Of a stretch of 64,000 bases of DNA, positions 47,917 to 57,712 are shown piece by piece. The first letter of the stretch is position 1. Every line of letters begins with the position of its first letter. Where the stretch lies: positions 2,015 through 66,014 of the forward strand of contig CABYIO010000002.1 of the NCBI GenBank assembly GCA_902519075.1. The letters are read 5' to 3'. The DNA is from an uncultured Bacteroidota bacterium (GTDB lineage Bacteria; Bacteroidota; Bacteroidia; Flavobacteriales; Flavobacteriaceae). A program made the position numbers and the translations under genes. The notes under the pieces are model-generated. The model did not search any database and had not been told where the DNA came from. It saw only the letters and a program-made list of their open reading frames with translations.

Positions 47917-49590
47917 ATGAGTATTCAGTCCTGGACATATATCATTGTAGGAGTTACTTTTTCGATTTATATCGCAATTGCAATTTGGTCAAGAGTTCAA
48001 TCAACTAAGGATTTTTATGTTGCAGGAGGTGGAGTAGGTGCTTGGGCAAATGGAATGGCTACTGCTGCTGATTGGATGAGTGCTGCGTCATTTATTTCAA
48101 TGGCTGGTATTATTTCCTTTGCTGGTTATGATGGTGCTGTTTATTTGATGGGTTGGACAGGTGGGTATGTTCTTTTAGCCTTATTGTTAGCTCCGTATTT
48201 AAGAAAGTTTGGAAAATTTACAGTACCAGAATTTATAGGTGATAGGTACTATTCAAATAATGCTAGATTAGTTGCTGTCTTCTGTGCTTTATTAGTTTCA
48301 TTTACTTATGTTGCTGGTCAAATGAGGGGAGTTGGGATTGTTTTTTCAAGATTTTTAGAGGTTGACATAAATACAGGTGTGATAATTGGCATGTTAATCG
48401 TTCTTTTTTATGCAGTATTGGGCGGTATGAAGGGAATAACATATACTCAGGTTGCCCAATATTGTGTTTTAATATTTGCTTTTATGGTTCCAGCAATTTT
48501 TATTTCCATTCAGATGACAGGGAATCCAATACCTCAACTTGGTTTTGGAAGTGAAATAACAGATGGATCTTCAACATATCTTTTAGATAAACTCGATAAT
48601 CTAAATGTTGAATTAGGTTTCAATGAATATACTGACAATACAAAACCTTTAATAGATGTTTTTGCAATTACCTTAGCTTTAATGGTTGGCACAGCTGGTT
48701 TGCCACATGTTATTGTAAGATTTTTCACTGTAAAAAAAGTTGCAGATGCTAGGAAATCCGCAGGTATAGCATTGCTATTGATAGCAATCTTATATACTAC
48801 TGCTCCAGCAGTTGCTGCTTTTGCAAGAACAAATTTACTTGAAACAATTTCTACAAAATCCTATTCAGATATACCTCAATGGTTTAAAAAATGGGAAAAT
48901 ACAGGATTGATAAAATTTGATGATTTAGATAATGATGGGATGATTGATTACACTAATGATGATTCAAACGAATTATATGTTGATAGAGATATTATGGTTC
49001 TGGCCAATCCAGAAATAGCTAATTTGCCAAATTGGGTAGTTGCACTTGTTGCTGCCGGTGGATTAGCAGCAGCTTTGTCTACTGCTGCTGGCCTTTTGCT
49101 TGTTATTTCAGCATCTGTCTCTCATGATCTTATAAAGAGAGTATATTATCCAGAAATAAGTGAAAAAGGTGAATTAGTAGCTGCAAGAATTTCTGCTTTT
49201 TTTGCGGTTTGTATAGCAGGATACTTTGGAATTAACCCCCCAGGTTTTGTTGCTGCTGTGGTTGCTTTAGCTTTTGGTTTAGCTGCCGCATCCTTTTTTC
49301 CTGCTATTGTAATGGGAATTTTTTATAAAAATATGAATAAGGAGGGGGCAATTTGTGGAATGCTTGCAGGAATCGGGTTGATGCTGTTTTATATGCTAAA
49401 GTTTAAGTTTAATTTTTTTGGAGGAGGTTCGGCTGACGATTATTGGTTTGGGATTTCACCCGAGGGATTTGGTAGTGTTGCCATGATATTGAACTTTATA
49501 GTTTCTTTTGTTGTAATGAGGTTTACTACTCCAACCCCAAATAAAATAAAAGATATAGTAGATAATATAAGAATTCCTGAATATGAATAG
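47917..49590 (+). CDS. Sodium:solute symporter, ActP-like / VC_2705-type large subunit
   Basis: 557 aa with FYVAGGGVGAWANGMATAADWMSAASFISMAG, resembling cation/acetate symporters. Confidence 0.88.
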   Translation: MSIQSWTYIIVGVTFSIYIAIAIWSRVQSTKDFYVAGGGVGAWANGMATAADWMSAASFISMAGIISFAGYDGAVYLMGWTGGYVLLALLLAPYLRKFGKFTVPEFIGDRYYSNNARLVAVFCALLVSFTYVAGQMRGVGIVFSRFLEVDINTGVIIGMLIVLFYAVLGGMKGITYTQVAQYCVLIFAFMVPAIFISIQMTGNPIPQLGFGSEITDGSSTYLLDKLDNLNVELGFNEYTDNTKPLIDVFAITLALMVGTAGLPHVIVRFFTVKKVADARKSAGIALLLIAILYTTAPAVAAFARTNLLETISTKSYSDIPQWFKKWENTGLIKFDDLDNDGMIDYTNDDSNELYVDRDIMVLANPEIANLPNWVVALVAAGGLAAALSTAAGLLLVISASVSHDLIKRVYYPEISEKGELVAARISAFFAVCIAGYFGINPPGFVAAVVALAFGLAAASFFPAIVMGIFYKNMNKEGAICGMLAGIGLMLFYMLKFKFNFFGGGSADDYWFGISPEGFGSVAMILNFIVSFVVMRFTTPTPNKIKDIVDNIRIPEYE

Positions 49591-51484
49591 ATATAACATA
49601 GATAGCCCAGAGAAATATTCTCAATTATATAAGGCGTCTGTTGAAGAGCCCGAGATTTTTTGGTCAGAATTAGCTTCAAATAATTTTTTGTGGGAAAAAA
49701 AATGGTCTAAAGTTTTAGATTGGGATTTTAGAAAAGCTGAAGTTTCATGGTTTAAAGATGCTAAGTTAAATATTACAACTAATTGCTTGGATAGACACGT
49801 AAAAAATGATCCTGATAAAACTGCTATAATTTTTGAGCCAAATAATCCTAATGAAGAATATAAATCATATTCCTATTCAGAATTATTAACAGAGGTCTGT
49901 AAAATGGCTAACGTTTTGAAGTCAATGGGTGTTAAAAAAGGGGACAGGGTTTGTATTTATTTACCAATGATCCCTGAATTAGCATTTTCTGTTCTTGCTT
50001 GTGCTAGAATTGGTGCAATTCATTCAGTTGTTTTTGCTGGTTTTTCCTCTAATGCATTAGCCGCCAGGATAGATGATTGTGAAAGCGGTATAATTATAAC
50101 TTCTGATGGTTCATTTAGAGGTGAAAAAATTTTAAATCTTAAAAAAATTGTAGACGACGCATTGGATATATGTAAAAATGATCAAAAAGTATTATTGGTA
50201 AAAAGAACCAATGAATTGGTTAATATCAATAACAAAAGAGATTTTTTATTAGATGATTTGATTATTGATGTTGATGATTTCTGTGATGCTGAAATCATGG
50301 ATTCAGAAGACCCATTATTTATTTTATATACATCAGGTTCTACAGGAAAACCCAAAGGTATGGTTCATACCTGTGGAGGTTATATGGTATATACATCTTT
50401 TACATTTAAAAATGTTTTTCAATATGATGATGGAGATATTTATTGGTGTACTGCAGACATAGGATGGATTACCGGTCATAGCTACATATTGTACGGTCCA
50501 TTATCAAACGGAGCAACAACGATTATGTTTGAAGGTGTTCCTAGTTTTCCTGATTATAGTAGGTTTTGGCAAATAGTTGAAAAATATGGTGTAAACCAAT
50601 TTTATACTGCCCCAACTGCTATTAGAGCTTTGGCAAAACAAGGTGCTAGTTTTCTAAAAAATAATGATCTATCATCGTTAAAAGTTCTTGGCACAGTTGG
50701 TGAACCTATAAACGAGGAGGCTTGGCAATGGTATAATAAATATGTTGGGAAGAATAATTGTCCAATTGTAGATACGTGGTGGCAAACAGAAACAGGGGGG
50801 ATATTAATTTCATCAATTCCAAAAGTAATTCCAGAAAAGCCAACGTTTGCAACAAAACCTTTCATAGGAATTCAACCAATATTGATAGATGAAAACGGCA
50901 ATGAATTGAAAGAATTTAATACTGTAGGTAAGCTATGTATTCAATATCCATGGCCATCTATAGCAAGAACAATATGGGGAGATCATAATAGGTATATTAA
51001 TACTTATTTTTCAGCTTTTGAAAACAAGTATTTTACAGGAGATGGCGCGTTTATAGATGAGGATGGTAATTTTAGAATAACTGGAAGAGTTGATGATGTT
51101 ATAATTGTTTCAGGTCATAATCTTGGCACTGCTCCAATAGAAGATGCAATTAACGAACACGAAAAAGTTGCAGAATCCGCAATTGTTGGTTTTCCTCATG
51201 ATATTAAAGGTAATGCACTGTATGGTTTCATTACTTTAAACCAACAATATGAAAACCTAGAGCAGATTAAAAAAGAAATTAACATATTAATTTCTAAAAA
51301 AATAGGTCCAATTGCTAAACTAGATAAGATTCAAATTACTAATGGTCTTCCAAAAACCAGATCTGGAAAAATAATGAGAAGGATTCTGAGAAAGATTGCT
51401 TCTAAGGAATTTAATAATCTAGGAGATATTAGCACCCTGTTAAATCCTGATATCGTTAAGGAAATTATTGATAATTCTCTTTAG
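49583..51484 (+). CDS. acs: Acetyl-CoA synthetase
   Basis: 633 aa with YTSGSTGKPKG, WWQTETGG and GLPKTRSGKIMRR. Its ATG overlaps the symporter stop. Confidence 0.96.
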   Translation: MNRYNIDSPEKYSQLYKASVEEPEIFWSELASNNFLWEKKWSKVLDWDFRKAEVSWFKDAKLNITTNCLDRHVKNDPDKTAIIFEPNNPNEEYKSYSYSELLTEVCKMANVLKSMGVKKGDRVCIYLPMIPELAFSVLACARIGAIHSVVFAGFSSNALAARIDDCESGIIITSDGSFRGEKILNLKKIVDDALDICKNDQKVLLVKRTNELVNINNKRDFLLDDLIIDVDDFCDAEIMDSEDPLFILYTSGSTGKPKGMVHTCGGYMVYTSFTFKNVFQYDDGDIYWCTADIGWITGHSYILYGPLSNGATTIMFEGVPSFPDYSRFWQIVEKYGVNQFYTAPTAIRALAKQGASFLKNNDLSSLKVLGTVGEPINEEAWQWYNKYVGKNNCPIVDTWWQTETGGILISSIPKVIPEKPTFATKPFIGIQPILIDENGNELKEFNTVGKLCIQYPWPSIARTIWGDHNRYINTYFSAFENKYFTGDGAFIDEDGNFRITGRVDDVIIVSGHNLGTAPIEDAINEHEKVAESAIVGFPHDIKGNALYGFITLNQQYENLEQIKKEINILISKKIGPIAKLDKIQITNGLPKTRSGKIMRRILRKIASKEFNNLGDISTLLNPDIVKEIIDNSL

Positions 51485-52025
51485 TTATTTTTGAAATTGC
51501 TTCAAGAACATCTCTGTAGTAATTCTTATTTTTTCCTATGAATATATCTCTATTGTTTTGGTTTAATAGAGAATCCATTTCTTCTAATGAAATCAACTTT
51601 AAATCATCAACTTCATCATTTTTATAGTTTAGATTTATTTTAACTTCATTAATTTTTAGAACATAGGTATGATGAAACTCTTTATCGATTATCTGTGGAT
51701 AATCACTTACACTTGTATAAATACCAAGTTTAAATAAATCCTTTTCTTTGATATATATACCTGTTTCTTCTAATGTTTCTCGAATAGCTGCAACATTAAT
51801 ATCTTCTTTGTATTCAACATGTCCAGCAACTGAAACATCCCAAACACCAGGGTTTAATTTTTTTTTGGTTGACCTTTTCTGAATTAGGACATTTCCCTTT
51901 TCACTGAAGATCCACACATGAACTGTTGCATGAAATAAACCTTTTTTGTGAATATGTGATTTGGTTGCTTTTTTTCCGGTTTTTTTTCCGCTAGAAGAAT
52001 ATATTTCAAGGAATTCTTTCTTCAT
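51465..52025 (-). CDS. NUDIX hydrolase
   Basis: 186 aa with Nudix box GHVEYKEDINVAAIRETLEETGI. Confidence 0.85.
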   Translation of the reverse strand: MKKEFLEIYSSSGKKTGKKATKSHIHKKGLFHATVHVWIFSEKGNVLIQKRSTKKKLNPGVWDVSVAGHVEYKEDINVAAIRETLEETGIYIKEKDLFKLGIYTSVSDYPQIIDKEFHHTYVLKINEVKINLNYKNDEVDDLKLISLEEMDSLLNQNNRDIFIGKNKNYYRDVLEAISKITKENYQ

Positions 52026-52041
52026 TATAAAATTTGAATAT

Positions 52042-53130
52042 TTATTTAAAATAGCTAAAGTCTTCTCCAGACTTAATGTTTAATACTGTATTATAAATCA
52101 ATTTAATTACATTTTCAACATCATTTTTATGAACCATTTCAACAGTTGTATGCATATATCTAAGTGGTAGAGATATCAAAGCTGAGGGAACTCCACCGTT
52201 ACTGTAGGCAAAAGCATCAGTATCAGTGCCTGTGTAACGACTAGAAGCAGCTCTTTGAAACGGAATTTTATTCTTTTTTGCAGTACTAATTATTAAATCC
52301 CTAAGTTTTTGTTGAACTGCAGGAGCATATGTAACTACTGGGCCTTTGTTGAGTTCGCAATAGCCTTGCTTCTTTTGATTTATCATTGGAGTTGTGGTGT
52401 CATGAGTAACATCGGTAACAATTGCAATATTTGGCTTTATAGTCTGTGTTATCATTTCAGCTCCTCTTAGGCCAACTTCCTCCTGTACAGAGTTAGTAAC
52501 ATATAAGCCAAAAGGTAATTTTTTCTTATTTTCTTTAATTAGTCTGGCTACCTCAGCAATCATAAAACCACCAATTCTATTATCGAGTGCACGACATACA
52601 AAATTATCCTTATTTAAAATATGAAATGGATCAGGGTAAGTTATTACACATCCAACATGAACACCAAGTTTTTCAACATCCTTTTTGTTTTTGCATCCAA
52701 CATCAATAAATATATTATCTAACTTGGGAGGCTCTTCTTTTGAGGCTAATCTAGTATGTATCGCAGGCCATCCAAAAACACCTTTTACAATTCCTTTTTC
52801 AGTATGAATATTAACAATTTTGCTTGGAGCAATTTGGTGATCGCTTCCTCCGTTTCTTATAACTGATATTAAGCCTTTATCCGAAATATAATTAACATAC
52901 CAAGAAATCTCATCTGAATGTCCTTCAATAACAACTTTATATTTGTGATCTGGATTTATAACCGCTACAGCTGAACCGTAAGTGTCTGTTATAAATTTAT
53001 CTGCATATGGCTTTAAATAGTCCATCCAAATTTTCTGACCTTCCCATTCGTATCCAGTAGGAGAGGCGTTATTTAAATATTTTTCAAGAAATTGCATGGA
53101 CTTTTTGTTTAATATGCTCTTGCTACTCAT
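52042..53130 (-). CDS. M42-family metallopeptidase (glutamyl aminopeptidase/FrvX-like)
   Basis: 362 aa with VIEGHSDEI, ALDNRIGG, VQEEVGLRGA and a C-terminal HT..E. Confidence 0.88.
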   Translation of the reverse strand: MSSKSILNKKSMQFLEKYLNNASPTGYEWEGQKIWMDYLKPYADKFITDTYGSAVAVINPDHKYKVVIEGHSDEISWYVNYISDKGLISVIRNGGSDHQIAPSKIVNIHTEKGIVKGVFGWPAIHTRLASKEEPPKLDNIFIDVGCKNKKDVEKLGVHVGCVITYPDPFHILNKDNFVCRALDNRIGGFMIAEVARLIKENKKKLPFGLYVTNSVQEEVGLRGAEMITQTIKPNIAIVTDVTHDTTTPMINQKKQGYCELNKGPVVTYAPAVQQKLRDLIISTAKKNKIPFQRAASSRYTGTDTDAFAYSNGGVPSALISLPLRYMHTTVEMVHKNDVENVIKLIYNTVLNIKSGEDFSYFK

Positions 53131-53225
53131 CTCGGTTTGATTTTAAATATTATATATGTAAAAATAATAATGATTTCTTTATTTATTATATATAATTTTA
53201 TCAATTATTAAATAATTATTTTTAA

Positions 53226-53891
53226 TTGAAACAATTCCTATTTTTATTAGTCTTTTTTACAATTGTAAATACTTACACTCAACAGGTTGAAAATGATTCA
53301 ATTTCTGAATATATAAGAATTTCAGGTGATACAATTGTTAAAGGATCAATAGGATTAAATGAGGTTTTATTATTACCAAAAAGACCATTTTATAATTCTG
53401 ATCAAATCAGAAAATATTTAATTATAAAAAGAAAAACTCTAAAGGTTTATCCTTACTCTGTAATGGCTTCAGATAGGTTAAATAGTCTTAATGAAAGGTT
53501 GAGTCTTATAAAAACTAAGAGGGGAAAAAAGAGATATACAAAAATGGTTCAAAAATTTTTAGAAGACGAATTAACTCCGGAACTAAGTAAGTTTACTCAG
53601 TCAGAAGGTAGAATTTTAATAAAATTAATTCATCGTCAAACAGGGATGTCAACCTATGATTTAATCAAGCAATTAAGGAATGGGTTAAGAGCGTTTTTTT
53701 ATAACGCTACTGCTAAGTTTTTCAATATGAATTTAAAAAGTGAGTTTTTGCCAGAAACTAATATTGATGATTATTACATTGAGGATATAGTACAAAGATC
53801 AATTAGAGATAATCTAATAGAATACAGAGAACCAGCTAAACTTCATGATTTATTTAAATTGAAAAGTTTGTGGGATAAACAGAAAAACTAA
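53226..53891 (+). CDS. Hypothetical secreted protein (possibly DUF4294-like)
   Basis: 221 aa with a signal peptide and a TTG start. The family assignment is from memory only. Confidence 0.45.
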   Translation: MKQFLFLLVFFTIVNTYTQQVENDSISEYIRISGDTIVKGSIGLNEVLLLPKRPFYNSDQIRKYLIIKRKTLKVYPYSVMASDRLNSLNERLSLIKTKRGKKRYTKMVQKFLEDELTPELSKFTQSEGRILIKLIHRQTGMSTYDLIKQLRNGLRAFFYNATAKFFNMNLKSEFLPETNIDDYYIEDIVQRSIRDNLIEYREPAKLHDLFKLKSLWDKQKN

Positions 53892-53898
53892 GAAGAAT

Positions 53899-55053
53899 AT
53901 GAGTGAAAATTTTAAAATGATAGCTAAGACTTTTTATGGTTTTGAAGATATTCTTGCAGAGGAATTGCTTGCTTTAGGTGCTCAAAAAATAGTTAAAGGA
54001 AATAGAAATGTAAGTTTCTTTGGTGATAAAGGTTTTTTATATAAATCTAATCTTAGTTTAAGAACCGCCTTAAAAATACTTAAACCCGTATGCGAATTTA
54101 GATTTAAAGACATAAATGAATATTATAATAATATTTATAGTTTTAAATGGGAGGATTATATGGATTCCTCAGGTTCATTTTTAATAAATTCTGTTGTTTT
54201 TCATTCTAATGTTTTTAATAATTCAAAATTTACCTCATTAAAAGCAAAGGATGCGATTGCTGATCGATTTAGAGATAAATTTAAGAAAAGACCTAGTATA
54301 AATTCATTCAATCCTGAATTGAAAATAGAAATACATGTTAGCAGAAATACCTGTACTATTTCTTTGGATAGTTCTGGCGAATCTCTTCATAAAAGAGGCT
54401 ATAAAAAATATAATTCTGCTGCTCCATTAAATGAAGTTCTTGCCGCAGGTATTATTTTAATGTCAAATTGGGATAAAAAGTCTGACTTATTAGACCCTAT
54501 GTGCGGAACAGGAACCTTTCTTATTGAGGCTGCAATGATTGCTAAAAATATTGCCCCTAATTTAAATAGACTTTCATTTGCATTTGAAAAATGGAAAGAT
54601 TGGGATAACGAATTATTTGAAATAATTGAAGAATCAGTAAGAAATAAAGAGATTGATTTTGAATATAAATTATACGGATTTGATATTTCAAATGCAATGA
54701 TCAAAAAGGCTGAAAAAAATATAGAAATTGCTGAAATTGACATTGATTTAGAGGTTATTAAAAAAGACTTTCTAAATTCTAAAAAAACAGATGAAGATAA
54801 ATTACATATATTAATCAATCCACCTTATGATAAGAGAATATCAGCAGATGTTAATGAATTATATAAAAAAATTGGTGATACTCTTAAGAATAGTTACTTG
54901 TATTCCGATGTTTGGATAATAACCGCAAATTTAGAGGCTATTAAATCGATAGGGCTAAGGTCAAATAAAAAAATTAAGTTATTTAATTCAAACCTTGAAT
55001 CAAGGTTGTTGAATTACAATATTTACCCTGGTTCAAAAAAAAATAAGGAATGA
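53899..55053 (+). CDS. THUMP-domain class I SAM-dependent RNA methyltransferase
   Basis: 384 aa with an N-terminal THUMP-like region, DPMCGTGTFLIEA (SAM binding) and NPPYDKR. Confidence 0.85.
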   Translation: MSENFKMIAKTFYGFEDILAEELLALGAQKIVKGNRNVSFFGDKGFLYKSNLSLRTALKILKPVCEFRFKDINEYYNNIYSFKWEDYMDSSGSFLINSVVFHSNVFNNSKFTSLKAKDAIADRFRDKFKKRPSINSFNPELKIEIHVSRNTCTISLDSSGESLHKRGYKKYNSAAPLNEVLAAGIILMSNWDKKSDLLDPMCGTGTFLIEAAMIAKNIAPNLNRLSFAFEKWKDWDNELFEIIEESVRNKEIDFEYKLYGFDISNAMIKKAEKNIEIAEIDIDLEVIKKDFLNSKKTDEDKLHILINPPYDKRISADVNELYKKIGDTLKNSYLYSDVWIITANLEAIKSIGLRSNKKIKLFNSNLESRLLNYNIYPGSKKNKE

Positions 55054-55055
55054 TT

Positions 55056-55736
55056 TTATTTTTTTATAATTGGTATTAGGTAAGAAACGGTATAACTAAA
55101 TCCAGCTCCTAAACCTGAACTATCATATGTTCTGTTAAATCCTGGAATATAAAGGTTGGAGATATTTTGAATATTTTTTTGTTTTATAATGCTCTTTAAT
55201 TGCAGCTCAAAACCCAAAAAAAGATTATTTAATATCTCTGTCTTTAGTCCAAATACTAGCTCAACCCATAAAGCATTTAAGTTTGATAAATTTTTAGGTT
55301 CATTAATTGTTGATTCTCCCCAGTAAGTACTATTTGTGTTATAAATGGTATATCTGTTTATATTTTGATCAAAATTGCTGTATCCAAAATTAAAACCAGA
55401 ATAAACAATATTCTGAGTTCTAATGTCATTATTCATTTTAAAATTTACACCAAACTTCAAATAAGTCCCTTTAACCGATGAATTTAAATAATCGCTGTTA
55501 ATTTGTTTTTCCTCATTTCCAATTTCAGAATACACATAAAAAGACTCCTTTAGTCTGATATCTCCACTTATAGATAATCCCTTGTAATCATCATCTGTAG
55601 CAGACTTAACAATCTTATTAATATCTATTCCTGCTCTGACGCCAAACTTTTCGATTGTGTCATTAACTAAACTAACATTACCAAGGGTAATATTCATAAA
55701 TAAAAAAGAAATTAAACTAATGAAGTATTTTGACAT
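55056..55736 (-). CDS. Hypothetical outer-membrane beta-barrel-like protein
   Basis: 226 aa with a signal peptide, alternating hydrophobic strands with aromatic girdle residues, and a C-terminal ..SYLIPIIKK. Confidence 0.5.
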   Translation of the reverse strand: MSKYFISLISFLFMNITLGNVSLVNDTIEKFGVRAGIDINKIVKSATDDDYKGLSISGDIRLKESFYVYSEIGNEEKQINSDYLNSSVKGTYLKFGVNFKMNNDIRTQNIVYSGFNFGYSNFDQNINRYTIYNTNSTYWGESTINEPKNLSNLNALWVELVFGLKTEILNNLFLGFELQLKSIIKQKNIQNISNLYIPGFNRTYDSSGLGAGFSYTVSYLIPIIKK

Positions 55737-56238
55737 GCGATTGATTTTCGTTAGTTACAGAATCATTTAAAATAATAACCTCAGAAATCCAATTCGTGGG
55801 CCCTGAGGTGTCTAATGGGTCATAGGGGAGGGCATCTGATAAAATGTAATTATTTATAAAACCACATGCTCTTGAAACAAAGGATTCACTAATTTCATAG
55901 TCAAAATAGACGTGATTTGGTAAGCCACTTGGAATTACGGTTATGTCTTCTGAAAAATCTTTACAGAACTTAAAGTTTGAGATAGATTCATCATCTCTTA
56001 GTGGAATTGCAATAGAATCAGTATTTATACCGTTTATTTCGTTGATTAACATCAACTCACTATTTTTAACAATATACACGCCAAGACTTTCAATATTTTT
56101 TCTTTCTTCCGGATTGTCTACATCATAAAAAGTAACTATAAGTCTGGGAGTTGTTAATGTTAATTCGGGACAAATATCATCACTCTCACAATTATATATT
56201 GTGAGAATAATTAAAAATAAAAATAAATATTTACTCAT
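55717..56238 (-). CDS. Hypothetical lipoprotein
   Basis: 173 aa with lipobox TIYNC. It overlaps the downstream barrel gene by 20 nt and starts 1 nt after the rlmD stop. Confidence 0.5.
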   Translation of the reverse strand: MSKYLFLFLIILTIYNCESDDICPELTLTTPRLIVTFYDVDNPEERKNIESLGVYIVKNSELMLINEINGINTDSIAIPLRDDESISNFKFCKDFSEDITVIPSGLPNHVYFDYEISESFVSRACGFINNYILSDALPYDPLDTSGPTNWISEVIILNDSVTNENQSHVKILH

Positions 56239-57642
56239 CTATATTTTTTCCAAAAGTACAACATTTTCCACATGATATGTTTGTGGAAACATGTCAATTG
56301 CTTGTGAAGTCTTTATCTCATAAAATCCTTTCAAATCTATAATATCTCTTGCTTGAGTTGAGCTATTACAGCTCACATAAATGATTTTATTTGGTGAAAG
56401 CTCTATTATTGATTTAATAACTGATTTTTCTAATCCATTTCTTGGAGGGTCCACTATAATAATATCAGGCTTTTCGTTTACTTCAATAGGCTTTGCAATA
56501 ATATCTTTAACATCTCCGTGGATAAATTTACAATTTGATATATTATTTAATTTTGAGTTAGATTTTGCTGCTTGAACAGCGTCCTTAACAGTCTCAATAC
56601 CAATTATTTTTTTTGCCTCTTTAGAAAGGAATAATGAAATAGTGCCAATTCCGCAATACAAATCATAAACAATTTCATCTCCTTTGAGATTTGCAAATTT
56701 CTTAACTATATTATAAAGTTTATTGGTTTGATACGAGTTTGTTTGAAAGAATGCTTTGGCAGATATTTTAAATAAAAGTTCACCAATTTTTTCAGTTATA
56801 TAATTCTTACCGCTAAAACAAAGTATCTTAAGATCATAAATTGTATCATTATGCTTGTTGTTAATTACATACATGATTGAAGTTATTTCATTAAATTCAT
56901 TTTTAATTAATCCTAAAAGATTCTCGGCCTTTTTGGAGTATTTATAGAATTGAATTAACACCATTATTTCATTTGTAGTTGTTGTTCTAATCATTAAATT
57001 TCTAATATCTCCTTGTTGCTTAATTAAATCAAAGAAATCTAAGCTTAATTCTTCAGATTTTTTCTTAATAAAATTTCTGATTTTATTTGAAATATTTGCT
57101 TGCAAGTAGCATTTTTCAATATCGACAACTTTACTCCACATTCCAGATTTGTGAAAACCTAGTGCATTTTTATTTTCAATATTATTTCCTTCTTTAATTT
57201 CTTTTTCTGTAATCCATCGAGAGTTACTGAAAGAGAACTCCATCTTATTTCTATAGTAATAGGTCTTCTCAGATTTAATTATAGGGAGTTGTTTAAGAGA
57301 TCCAATCTTACCAATTCTACTTAAATTTTCATTTACTTCTTTATCCTTGTATTTGAGTTGTTCTTCATAATTCATATTTTGCCAACTGCATCCTCCGCAA
57401 AGTTCAAAATGTGAACATTTTGGATTTGTTCTTTTAGAAGAGTATTTATGATATTTAATTATGTCGCCTTCTAAATATGATTTTCTTTTCTTTCTTATTC
57501 TGATGTCCACTATATCCCCAGGGACACCATTTTTTGTGAAAATTATTTTCTCCCCTTCTTTTTTTGATATAGATTTTCCGAGAGAACCTGCATCAGTCAG
57601 TTCAATATTTTCTAAAACTATTTTTCTTTTCTTTCTGCCCAA
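56239..57642 (-). CDS. rlmD: 23S rRNA (uracil-C5)-methyltransferase RlmD
   Basis: 467 aa with an N-terminal TRAM domain, a Cys cluster (CSHFELCGGC), SAM motif DLYCGIGT and the catalytic region YVSCN. TTG start. Confidence 0.9.
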   Translation of the reverse strand: MGRKKRKIVLENIELTDAGSLGKSISKKEGEKIIFTKNGVPGDIVDIRIRKKRKSYLEGDIIKYHKYSSKRTNPKCSHFELCGGCSWQNMNYEEQLKYKDKEVNENLSRIGKIGSLKQLPIIKSEKTYYYRNKMEFSFSNSRWITEKEIKEGNNIENKNALGFHKSGMWSKVVDIEKCYLQANISNKIRNFIKKKSEELSLDFFDLIKQQGDIRNLMIRTTTTNEIMVLIQFYKYSKKAENLLGLIKNEFNEITSIMYVINNKHNDTIYDLKILCFSGKNYITEKIGELLFKISAKAFFQTNSYQTNKLYNIVKKFANLKGDEIVYDLYCGIGTISLFLSKEAKKIIGIETVKDAVQAAKSNSKLNNISNCKFIHGDVKDIIAKPIEVNEKPDIIIVDPPRNGLEKSVIKSIIELSPNKIIYVSCNSSTQARDIIDLKGFYEIKTSQAIDMFPQTYHVENVVLLEKI

Positions 57643-57673
57643 TTCAAATTAAATTTTACTAAATATAATTCAT

Positions 57674-57681
57674 TAAATTTG
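57674..57681 (+). promoter_or_regulatory. Candidate -7 promoter element TAAATTTG
   Basis: Perfect TAnnTTTG 31 nt upstream of ATG 57713. Confidence 0.4.
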
Positions 57682-57712
57682 GACAAAATATAACCAGCGT
57701 AAAATTATTATA

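Noticed and set aside
51694-51702. Perfect DnaA-box-like 9-mer TGTGGATAA.
   Set aside because: It is a single copy inside the NUDIX coding sequence, with no cluster, no AT-rich unwinding element context and no dnaA nearby. This is consistent with chance.
54399-54818. 139-aa ORF antisense to the THUMP methyltransferase gene.
   Set aside because: Same reasoning. The sense gene has clear SAM-binding and NPPY motifs, and the antisense product is low-complexity with no start context or promoter motif.
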